Assembly: GCA_030537525.1 (NCBI GenBank)
Contig: JAUNVU010000001.1
Span: forward strand, 10,142 to 74,141
DNA length: 64,000 nucleotides
Direction: 5' to 3'
From: Eubacteriales bacterium
GTDB taxonomy: Bacteria > Bacillota > Clostridia > Saccharofermentanales > DTU023
This document shows positions 56,466 to 64,000 of this stretch, one piece after another. Numbering within the stretch: position 1 is the stretch's first letter; each line of letters begins with the position of its first letter. Made by a program: the position numbers and the translations under genes. Below the pieces are notes generated by a model, which ran no database searches, had not been told where the DNA came from, and saw only the letters and a program-made list of their open reading frames with translations.

Positions 56466-56915
56466 ATGAAAGTAATCTTAGTTGAAAATGTCGACAAGCT
56501 AGGTGTAGCTGGCGACATCGTTGATGTGAAGCGCGGTTATGCGCAGAACTATTTGTTCAAACAGGGTCTCGCGATGCCGAAGACCCCTGAGAACCTGAAT
56601 ATTGTGAAGACCAGGAAGAAGGCCTTTGAAGCTAAGGCAGCGCAAGCTCTGGCTGATGCTGAAGCTCTGGCCAAGGAACTGGATCAGAAGGTTCTGGAAA
56701 TGCCAGTTAAGGCTGGTGAGGGCGAGCGTCTCTACGGTGCAATTACTGTTGGTGACATCGCACAGAAGATTCGAGAAGAGGGCTTCGAGGTCGAAAAACG
56801 CCTGATCAAATTGGGTGAGCCAATCAAGACTCTTGGTGAGCATAAGGTAGAGCTGAGGCTTCACCCACAGGTTAAGACAGAAGTCATTATCAAACCAACT
56901 CGTATCGAGGAATAA
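56466..56915 (+). CDS. rplI: 50S ribosomal protein L9
   Basis: MKVILVENVDKLG..GDIVDVKRGYAQNYL. 149 aa. Confidence 0.95.
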   Translation: MKVILVENVDKLGVAGDIVDVKRGYAQNYLFKQGLAMPKTPENLNIVKTRKKAFEAKAAQALADAEALAKELDQKVLEMPVKAGEGERLYGAITVGDIAQKIREEGFEVEKRLIKLGEPIKTLGEHKVELRLHPQVKTEVIIKPTRIEE

Positions 56916-56917
56916 AA

Positions 56918-58342
56918 TTGAATTCTTCCTCTATGGGTGAAATTAAATATCCCGCAGGGAGAATCCCGCCGCAAAACTTGGACGCTGAGCGTGCTGTTTT
57001 AGCGGCTTCTATTTATTCTGAGGAGAGTTTTGACCAGGTGATCGGCGTCGTAGAGCCAGAAGATTTCTACGACCGCCGACACGGTCTGCTCTATAGTGTC
57101 TGCCTGGAGATGCGGGAGCAGAATATCCCGTTGGATCTCGTCAGCATCACTGAATACCTTGAGCGTAAGAATCAGTTGGAAGCTGCTGGTGGTGTGGAGC
57201 TTCTCAGTGATCTTGTAGCCCCTGGGATGTTGCTAGAAAATGCTCGCCACTATGCGAAGCTGGTCCACGACAAGAGAGTGCTGAGAGATATAATTGCTTC
57301 ACTTTATGAGGTCATAGATACGGCCTATGGTGATAGCACGGTGCTTAATGAAGTCTTGGATTTGGCGGCTAAGCGCTTAATAGAAGCTCGTAATGACGGT
57401 GATAACGAGGGTTTTCGCAAGCTCGGTGAAATTCTTGCTAAACAGCTCAATATCCTGGAAGAGCAGGCCAGGCGAGAGCATGAAGACAGTGTTAAGTCTG
57501 GCTTCCCACTTCTTGACAAGACTCTCGGAGGTCTTAAGAAGGGAGCTCTCATCGTTCTGGCATCTAGGCCAGGTATGGGTAAGAGCTCATTTGCCTTAAA
57601 TGTTGCTCAATTAGCGGCTATGGTATACAACAAGCGCACAGCTATATTTACTCTGGAAATGAGCAGAGAAGAGATTGCAAAGCGCTTTTTAGCTTCATAT
57701 CTCAGCATAGATTCCAAGCGACTATCAACAGGAGATCTTGAGCCTGAAGAGTGGGAGAAGATGGGTAATGAATTCCCGACAATTTATCCCACGCCAATTT
57801 TTATTGACGACAGGTCAGGCATAACTGCACCAGAGATGCTTGCTAAATGCCGTCAGCTTCAATTAGAAGAAGGCCTCGACCTCGTGGTCATTGACTACTT
57901 GCAATTGATGCAGGGTACTAGGCGCAACAGTGACAATCGTCAGCAAGAGATCTCTGACATTTCCCGACATCTGAAAATCATGGCCAGAGAGCTAGACTGT
58001 CCTGTTATTGCCCTATCACAGCTATCTAGAGCTTGCGAGGCAAGGGCGGATAAACGTCCCATGCTCTCTGATCTACGTGATTCGGGTGCTATTGAGCAGG
58101 ATGCCGACGTCGTTTTATTTCTTTACCGTGATGCCTATTATAATGAGCGCGAAGAGCTTAGTGAGATTGAAGAAGCTGAATTAATTGTGGCCAAAAACCG
58201 GCACGGAGAGACGAGGAATATAGCTCTTGGTTGGAATGCCAAATATACTCGTTACTTCGAGCAGAGCAAGCGAATCCAAGCAGCTGCGGAGCCGTCAGCA
58301 CCACCAGAGAAGCGAGCAGGAGACCTGCCCTTCGATGTCTAA
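56918..58342 (+). CDS. dnaB: Replicative DNA helicase
   Basis: PPQNLDAERAVL N-terminus, Walker A ASRPGMGKSSFALN, then VVIDYLQLM and LSQLSR. TTG 56918 or ATG 56933 could be the start. Confidence 0.93.
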   Translation: MNSSSMGEIKYPAGRIPPQNLDAERAVLAASIYSEESFDQVIGVVEPEDFYDRRHGLLYSVCLEMREQNIPLDLVSITEYLERKNQLEAAGGVELLSDLVAPGMLLENARHYAKLVHDKRVLRDIIASLYEVIDTAYGDSTVLNEVLDLAAKRLIEARNDGDNEGFRKLGEILAKQLNILEEQARREHEDSVKSGFPLLDKTLGGLKKGALIVLASRPGMGKSSFALNVAQLAAMVYNKRTAIFTLEMSREEIAKRFLASYLSIDSKRLSTGDLEPEEWEKMGNEFPTIYPTPIFIDDRSGITAPEMLAKCRQLQLEEGLDLVVIDYLQLMQGTRRNSDNRQQEISDISRHLKIMARELDCPVIALSQLSRACEARADKRPMLSDLRDSGAIEQDADVVLFLYRDAYYNEREELSEIEEAELIVAKNRHGETRNIALGWNAKYTRYFEQSKRIQAAAEPSAPPEKRAGDLPFDV

Positions 58343-59354
58343 GCGTGCCGTTCCTTCATTTCTCTTTAAGGCAATTCAAGAAGCTAAATCAGCCAATTTA
58401 GTCTTAGCGGGCGACTGTGTAATTGCGGCTGTTTCAGCGGGGGCCGATTCGATATTCTTGCTTGAGCTTCTAGATGAGCTAAGAAGAGAAATTGATTTTG
58501 AACTCGCAGTAGCTCATTTTAATCATCATTTGAGGCCTGAATTCGATGCGGAAGAAGAGGCGTATGTCCAATCTATAGCAGCAACTAAGGGCTTGAAGTA
58601 TTTTTCAGGAGAAGCATCTGCTGAGAAAATTCGAAATAGTAAAGATGGATTGGAAGCGGGTGCGAGAAGGGCTCGTCAGGCTTTTTTCAAATCCTTGTTA
58701 CTAGAGATCTGGAGGGACGGTGACCGGGATCCCGATTCAATTAAGATAGCTCTTGGACACCATGCAGATGATTTAGCAGAGTCAATGCTCTTGCAGTTGA
58801 CCAGAGGCACTGGGATACAGGGTTTAATCGGAATGAGAAGCAGCGAGGCGCACTATATCAGACCTCTTTTAGAGCTCAGGGCCAAGGATTTGAGAGAGTA
58901 TTTGGATGTTCAGGGCATCAAGTATTTTGATGATCATACAAATAGTGACTGTCGTTACCTAAGAAACGCAATCCGACATCAATTAATACCGTATTGGAAT
59001 GAGCTTAGTGGACATGATCTCGTGCCCAAACTCTGCCAGACATCAAATAATCTTGAGGCCTATGCACTTGCTGCAGATTACTATATTGAAGAGCAAATTA
59101 GGCGGTTAATAGGGCCAGCAGGACAGCTAAACAGTAAGCTTCTATTGCAGTACCCAAGAAGTTTGCAGACTTTATTGCTGCATCGTTTCATCCGGGGTAA
59201 TGACTATCGTCTGGCACCGAGCGCTAGGCAGGTTTCGCAGATTTTAGACAGCCTAGAGGGCGAGCGCCAAGATCAGTGTTTTGAACTGGGTAATAAACGT
59301 CGTCTGCTGCATTTGGGCGGTATCCTGATTCTGGAATCAGAGTCTGAATACTGA
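58335..59354 (+). CDS. tilS: tRNA(Ile)-lysidine synthase
   Basis: PP-loop AAVSAGADS. ATG 58335 overlaps the dnaB stop. It lies upstream of hpt-ftsH, as in Firmicutes. Confidence 0.85.
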   Translation: MSKRAVPSFLFKAIQEAKSANLVLAGDCVIAAVSAGADSIFLLELLDELRREIDFELAVAHFNHHLRPEFDAEEEAYVQSIAATKGLKYFSGEASAEKIRNSKDGLEAGARRARQAFFKSLLLEIWRDGDRDPDSIKIALGHHADDLAESMLLQLTRGTGIQGLIGMRSSEAHYIRPLLELRAKDLREYLDVQGIKYFDDHTNSDCRYLRNAIRHQLIPYWNELSGHDLVPKLCQTSNNLEAYALAADYYIEEQIRRLIGPAGQLNSKLLLQYPRSLQTLLLHRFIRGNDYRLAPSARQVSQILDSLEGERQDQCFELGNKRRLLHLGGILILESESEY

Positions 59355-59405
59355 TACAATGCTCTTTAGACTATTTATTGAGGACCAATTATCGGAGGAG
59401 CTCTT

Positions 59406-59942
59406 ATGAGTAAAAAAGTAGACGGAATTTTGGTTCCAAGCGATGAAATCCAGGAGATTTGTCAGCGTCTAGGGGCTGAGATCACCAGAGATTATCAGGG
59501 ACAGGAGATACTTTTAATTTGCATATTGAAGGGAGCTGTGGTTTTCATGGCGGACTTGATGCGCGAGATTAAGGTGCCCTGTGAAATCGATTTCATGGCG
59601 GTTCAATCATATACTGGCACGAAGACCAGTGGGGTGGTGAGGATTATTAAGGACTTAGATCTGGACATTGCAGGTAGACATGTTTTGATCGTAGAGGACA
59701 TCATCGACTCTGGACTGACTCTAAGTCATCTGATCGGCCTATTGAAGACCCGAAATCCAGCTTCTCTGAAAATAGTCGCCTGTTTTGACAAGCCTGAAAG
59801 AAGGCGAGCGAAACTCGACATCGACTACATTGGCAAGGCTATTCCTGATGAATTTATTGTTGGCTATGGTCTGGACTATGAAGGGCAATATCGCAATCTA
59901 CCTGATGTCTCAATTTTATGTGGCACAGGTGAGGAGGATTAA
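59406..59942 (+). CDS. hpt: Hypoxanthine phosphoribosyltransferase
   Basis: PRPP-binding motif VLIVEDIIDSGLTL. 178 aa. Confidence 0.92.
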   Translation: MSKKVDGILVPSDEIQEICQRLGAEITRDYQGQEILLICILKGAVVFMADLMREIKVPCEIDFMAVQSYTGTKTSGVVRIIKDLDLDIAGRHVLIVEDIIDSGLTLSHLIGLLKTRNPASLKIVACFDKPERRRAKLDIDYIGKAIPDEFIVGYGLDYEGQYRNLPDVSILCGTGEED

Positions 59943-61928
59943 ATGAAAAAACGCCGTGGATTTGATGCTGGCTTCTATTTTGTATTAATTGCCATTATCA
60001 TTGTGTCGTCTTTTTTCATGTCGCGAGTTGGCAAGGCGAGGGACGCCGAGCTCTCAGCACTGATCAATGACGTGGAAAGTGGCAAGGTTGAATCAATTGT
60101 CGTAAATGGCAGTAAATTAGAAGTTGAACTCAAGGCCGAAAAGGGCAAGGAGCCAGAGCGTTATGTCAAAGAAGTACATACGCTTTTAATTCCTGAAATT
60201 TACAAGACTTTAGATGACGCTAGGCGTGAAGGTAAGATCAAGAGCTATGATTACCAGCAACCACCTGACTTCTCATCTATTTTCAACTCAGTCTTAATTA
60301 TCCTGATGATGTTGGGCATGAGTCTCTTCGTCTGGCTTACCTTCTCGCGCCAGGGCGGTGATGGCCGCACTGCGATGAATTTTGGACGTAGTAAGGCTAA
60401 GCTGAATCAGCCGAAGGAGAACGATGTCACCTTCGATGACGTTGCAGGAGTTGAAGAAGAGAAGAGAGAGTTACAAGAAGTTGTCGACTTCCTCAAGAAT
60501 CCCAATAAATATAGTGAGCTAGGAGCAAAAATACCAGCAGGCATTCTACTAGTTGGGGCTCCAGGTACTGGTAAGACCCTCTTGGCAAAAGCCGTGGCTG
60601 GTGAAGCTGGCGTACCATTTTTCTCAACCTCAGGTTCGGAATTCGTCGAGATGTTCGTTGGTGTTGGTGCTACGAGGATCAGAGACCTCTTCGAAAATGC
60701 CAAGAAGCGCACTCCCTGTATAGTCTTTATCGACGAGATCGATGCCGTTGGCCGTCATCGTGGTGCTGGTCTTGGCGGTGGTCACGATGAGCGCGAACAG
60801 ACACTAAACCAGCTCCTAGTTGAAATGGATGGCTTTGGACCCAATGAGGGCGTCATTATCATGGCGGCAACAAATAGGCCTGACATTCTAGATCCAGCCC
60901 TCTTGAGACCTGGCCGCTTTGATCGTCAGATCAGAGTTATGCAGCCAGATCTAAATGGTCGTTATGAGATTCTCAAAGTTCATGCCAGGAAGAAGCCACT
61001 TGCTGCTAATGTCGATCTCATGGAAGTCGCTAGAATGACTCCAGGCTTCACAGGGGCAGACTTGGCCAATCTTCTGAATGAGGCGGCCCTGTTGGCAGCC
61101 AGGAAGAATGCGAATATCATCCAATACTCTGATATTTCTGAGGCAGTCTTCAAGGTCACTCTAGGCCCTGAAAAGAAGAGCCGAATTATCAATGAGAAGG
61201 AAAGAAAACTTACTGCATATCACGAGTCTGGCCATGCTATAGTCTTACGAGCAGTTTCACGTACACAACGTGTCGAACGCGTGACGATTATTCCCGCAGG
61301 CGGTGCTGGTGGCTATACAGCTCACAAACCGCATGAGGATTATTACTATATGACGAAGGAAGATCTTCTTGACAATATCAGATATGCTCTGGGTGGTAGA
61401 GCTGCTGAGGAATTAATTCAAGGAGAGATCTCTACGGGTGCCTCGAGCGACTTACAGAAGGCCAATCGTGTTGCCCGTGAAATGATTACTAAATATGGCA
61501 TGAGTGAACGACTCGGCAACTTCGTCCTCGGGGAGTCTAATGAGCCCTTCGTGGGTCTCGAATATGGCCATGAAAAGCAATATTCAGAGGCAACGGCAGC
61601 ACTGGTAGATGAAGAAGTAAAGAAGATCCTAGAAGATGCTTATGCCGAGACTCTGGAAATTCTCAGGGAAAATATTGATGTATTGCACGCCCTAGCCAAA
61701 CGACTGTTAGAGGTCGAGAAGATCGAAGGTCCAGAATTTGAACGAATCTACAAAGAACACGCTGCAAATTGGCAGCCTGCACCTGGTGCCGATGATCTCT
61801 ATCTGAGCGAATTAAAGGATCAGGAAACAACAGAGCTTGAGACAGAAGGGCTCGCTTCTTCAGACGAAGAATTTGTGCCTACAGCTGTTCAGCCTGAAGA
61901 TCCAGAACCGAATTCAGATGAGGACTAG
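59943..61928 (+). CDS. ftsH: ATP-dependent zinc metalloprotease FtsH
   Basis: Two TM segments, AAA Walker A GAPGTGKT, Walker [30 protein letters not shown], and the HEXXH motif (YHESGHAIV). Confidence 0.96.
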   Translation: MKKRRGFDAGFYFVLIAIIIVSSFFMSRVGKARDAELSALINDVESGKVESIVVNGSKLEVELKAEKGKEPERYVKEVHTLLIPEIYKTLDDARREGKIKSYDYQQPPDFSSIFNSVLIILMMLGMSLFVWLTFSRQGGDGRTAMNFGRSKAKLNQPKENDVTFDDVAGVEEEKRELQEVVDFLKNPNKYSELGAKIPAGILLVGAPGTGKTLLAKAVAGEAGVPFFSTSGSEFVEMFVGVGATRIRDLFENAKKRTPCIVFIDEIDAVGRHRGAGLGGGHDEREQTLNQLLVEMDGFGPNEGVIIMAATNRPDILDPALLRPGRFDRQIRVMQPDLNGRYEILKVHARKKPLAANVDLMEVARMTPGFTGADLANLLNEAALLAARKNANIIQYSDISEAVFKVTLGPEKKSRIINEKERKLTAYHESGHAIVLRAVSRTQRVERVTIIPAGGAGGYTAHKPHEDYYYMTKEDLLDNIRYALGGRAAEELIQGEISTGASSDLQKANRVAREMITKYGMSERLGNFVLGESNEPFVGLEYGHEKQYSEATAALVDEEVKKILEDAYAETLEILRENIDVLHALAKRLLEVEKIEGPEFERIYKEHAANWQPAPGADDLYLSELKDQETTELETEGLASSDEEFVPTAVQPEDPEPNSDED

Positions 61929-61929
61929 C

Positions 61930-63465
61930 TCAGTGTTTGCGGCCTGCTAGCTGGTCAGCAAGACGTCTTACACTAGCGCCAATGAAGAGAGCTAGATCGC
62001 CTGCTTGCAGCAGGGATCTGGCTCTCTTTTCTGCGCTCTCAAGATCTGGCAAATATTTAGCGCTATAGCCCTCGGACTGCAGACGATCGACTATTGAAGA
62101 AGTCGAGAAGCTGCGATCCTGCTCACGATTATCGTAGACTTCTAGGAAATTGATTTCATCAGCTAGTTTTGCTGCCTGGTAGAAACCTTCGGCGTTAGCT
62201 CTGGCCCTAGAAAAGGTAATGGGTTGAAAGAATAGCACTAGGCGCTTTGGTGACAGCTGTTTGGCGGCTTCCAGAGTCAATTTGAGTGACTCTGCATAGT
62301 GGGCGTAGTCAGCAATAATATCGGCACCTTGAAATTGACCGCAGAGCGTAAAGCGTCCTTCTGCACCATGGAAGTTTTCGAGAGGTTCTTTTAATGCTTC
62401 AAGCTTAGCTCCTTCGACTAGGGCAGCAGAAATGGCTGCTAGTGAGTTTTCCAAATTAAACTTTCCGGGGATGGCTAATTGATAGCTGAGAGAGTCAGCT
62501 TGATAAGCTACCTGGGCTTTTGCATAAGGACCTTCATAGCTGAGTTGGATAAGGCTTAGATCTTCTTGCTTTCGATTTAGCAGCTTAAATATGCGAGTAG
62601 CAACTTGCTCCTTGGCCTCATCTCTTAAAGAGGCGGCATAGCCATAGAGGAAGATGGGATGTTCTAGAGGGTAGTTTGGTTTGATGGCTAGAAGCTCAGT
62701 TAAGAAGTTGGCAATTTCCACTTCGAAGGTCGGGAGTATGAGACAGGCTCCCGCATCGAGGCTCAAGGCAAAACGGCAAAAAATCTGACGACAAGATCTG
62801 AGATCTGGGAAAATATCTACATGATCGTGATCAATGTTCAAGATGACAGCAGATGTGGAGCGGAAGCTCAAGAAGGAGCCACCAAATTCGCAGGCTTCAG
62901 AGACCATTAATTCAGCTTGATCAGAAATGCGGACTGTGCCATTAAAGGGTCCATATTCAGCGCCGAGGTGAACAGCTGGATCGAAACCTGTTGAAACTAA
63001 TAATTGAGAGCACAAGGCTGTAGTTGTAGTTTTCCCATTGGTACCAGCGATATTGATAACTCGTCGATATTGACGATTGATTGCACCTAGGAAGACAGCG
63101 CGCTCTACGGTAGGTATGCCGAGCTCTCTTGCTATTTGAAGCTCTGGGTTGTCAGCGGGTATGGCTAAGGTGTAGACAACGAGATCAGGCTTGAACTCTT
63201 GTATATGACTGACATCATGACTGTTGTACACGGTCGCATTGAGTGACTCGAGTTGTGTGCGGATATTGTCAGCAGCAATATCAGAACCCGCGATCTTCAT
63301 CTCATGGCTTGCTGCAATTTCGGCAAGACCCAGCATAGAAATACCAGCAATACCGATAAAGAATACGCGTTTACCAGGGCTTAATAAGGCTTGTCTAAGC
63401 AGCTCATCAATTTGCCTGAGATGCTCTGTCTGCTTAAAATCATTGCCTAAATCTCTTTTATCCAT
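61930..63465 (-). CDS. murC: UDP-N-acetylmuramate--L-alanine ligase (MurC family)
   Basis: N-terminal Rossmann fold FFIGIAGISMLGLA and Mur ligase P-loop NIAGTNGKTTT. 511 aa. RBS is AAGGAG. Confidence 0.8.
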   Translation of the reverse strand: MDKRDLGNDFKQTEHLRQIDELLRQALLSPGKRVFFIGIAGISMLGLAEIAASHEMKIAGSDIAADNIRTQLESLNATVYNSHDVSHIQEFKPDLVVYTLAIPADNPELQIARELGIPTVERAVFLGAINRQYRRVINIAGTNGKTTTTALCSQLLVSTGFDPAVHLGAEYGPFNGTVRISDQAELMVSEACEFGGSFLSFRSTSAVILNIDHDHVDIFPDLRSCRQIFCRFALSLDAGACLILPTFEVEIANFLTELLAIKPNYPLEHPIFLYGYAASLRDEAKEQVATRIFKLLNRKQEDLSLIQLSYEGPYAKAQVAYQADSLSYQLAIPGKFNLENSLAAISAALVEGAKLEALKEPLENFHGAEGRFTLCGQFQGADIIADYAHYAESLKLTLEAAKQLSPKRLVLFFQPITFSRARANAEGFYQAAKLADEINFLEVYDNREQDRSFSTSSIVDRLQSEGYSAKYLPDLESAEKRARSLLQAGDLALFIGASVRRLADQLAGRKH

Positions 63466-63591
63466 AAATAACTCCTTTTTGCTTGACCTGTATTAATTAT
63501 ATATGCTATTCTGCCCTTTGCGACCGCACCGCTTCGGTTCAAGTGTCAATGGACCACCGCCGCGGGCGAGACTTATTATAGGAGGTACGCA

Positions 63592-63903
63592 ATGTACGCT
63601 ATTGTGGAAACAGGCGGTAAGCAATACCGCGTCAGTGAAGGCGATGAGATCTTCGTTGAAAAATTGGCAGCCGAAGAGGGCGATAAGATCCAATTAGAGA
63701 AGGTCTTGGCAGTCGGTGAAGCCGACAAACTGCGCATCGGAACCCCTTATGTAGAAGGTAGTTCAGTGGAGTGTGAAGTTTTGAAGCAGGGTCGTGGTAA
63801 GAAGATCACAGTATTCAAATACAAACCCAAGAAGAACTATCGCAAGAAGCAGGGCCATCGTCAGCCATACACTAAGTTGAAGGTTACGAGCCTCAAGGTC
63901 TAG
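63592..63903 (+). CDS. rplU: 50S ribosomal protein L21
   Basis: [17 protein letters not shown]...KQGHRQ.YTK. RBS is AGGAGG. Confidence 0.95.
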   Translation: MYAIVETGGKQYRVSEGDEIFVEKLAAEEGDKIQLEKVLAVGEADKLRIGTPYVEGSSVECEVLKQGRGKKITVFKYKPKKNYRKKQGHRQPYTKLKVTSLKV

Positions 63904-64000
63904 TGATTAGCTGCTGCTTCTATGAGGTCGATGGCAGGCTCGAGGCCTTTGAAATTTTAGGCCACGCGGGTTATGCAGAGTACGGAAATGATGTCATCTG
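63903..64000 (+). CDS. prp: Ribosomal-processing cysteine protease Prp (YsxB), 5' fragment truncated by the window end
   Basis: GTG overlaps the rplU stop. Translation [32 protein letters not shown] matches the Prp N-terminus (GHA...G.D.VC). It occupies the conserved position between rplU and rpmA. Confidence 0.7.
   Translation, partial: MISCCFYEVDGRLEAFEILGHAGYAEYGNDVI

Noticed and set aside
63493-63697. Two 64-66 aa ORFs across the murC-rplU intergenic region
   Set aside because: They overlap the rplU start and leader, and they are Arg/Gly/Pro-rich as expected from reading through a GC-rich structured leader. They have no RBS.
1-64000. Alternative genetic code (TGA as a sense codon) as an explanation for the in-frame TGAs in grdB and the grdX-like gene
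   Set aside because: TGA clearly terminates ordinary genes in the window (for example fumC at 12086-12088, the SSS transporter at 17916-17918 and murC at 61930-61932). Long ORFs are not otherwise broken by TGA. Site-specific Sec decoding, or a lesion, fits better.

Overview
The window is a 64-kb chromosomal segment that looks like a Firmicutes-type, amino-acid-fermenting anaerobe. This is inferred from synteny: hprK-murB-whiA, cdaA-glmM, rpsF-ssb-rpsR-rplI-dnaB and tilS-hpt-ftsH. Coding is dense, with about 65 protein genes. I found no rRNA, tRNA, CRISPR array, transposase or integrase. TGA is a normal stop here (for example fumC and the SSS transporter), so the standard genetic code applies.

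Gene content by block:
- 0.3-17.9 kb: transport and redox housekeeping. This covers an MgtA-type P-ATPase, a DAACS transporter plus formamidase, NADH oxidase, a pair of ABC exporters, fumC, pntAA-pntAB-pntB, a MATE transporter and an SSS transporter.
- 18-26 kb: an accessory-looking metabolic patch. It holds a decayed D-2-hydroxyacid dehydrogenase, a cyclase-family protein, a DUF1097 protein and a YkvI-like permease. It also holds a selenoprotein-B module of the glycine/sarcosine/betaine reductase family (grdX-like, grdE, grdB) and a LysR regulator.
- 26.9-32.8 kb: citX, hprK, murB, whiA, two hypothetical genes and htrA.
- 32.9-38.8 kb: a complete methylaspartate-pathway cluster. It encodes a two-subunit Fe-S hydro-lyase, glutamate mutase S/L/E and methylaspartate ammonia-lyase.
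- 38.8-64 kb: housekeeping genes. These include trxA, nnr, an FMN riboswitch with ribU, cdaA-glmM, pepA, murE, rpmE, prmC, prfA, tsaC, ribosomal protein genes, dnaB, tilS, hpt, ftsH, murC and rplU.

The most interesting item is a gene the ORF track misses. It is a GrdX-like ORF directly upstream of grdE (24517..24921, minus strand) with an in-frame TGA at codon 38. That TGA is followed by a hairpin whose geometry nearly copies the SECIS-like hairpin after the genuine Sec codon of grdB in the same operon. This makes it a candidate undescribed selenoprotein form of GrdX, or alternatively a pseudogene or a base-call error.

Other points worth a second look:
- The protein-B module has no grdA, grdC, grdD or trxB nearby.
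- A citX gene sits alone, without citrate-lyase genes.
- CdaA is fused to a single YbbR (CdaR-like) domain.
- An Amidase_3-like protein has lost its first zinc-binding histidine.
- The ldhA-like gene carries two independent lesions.

Start codons were chosen by eye from RBS context and are less certain than the stop positions.
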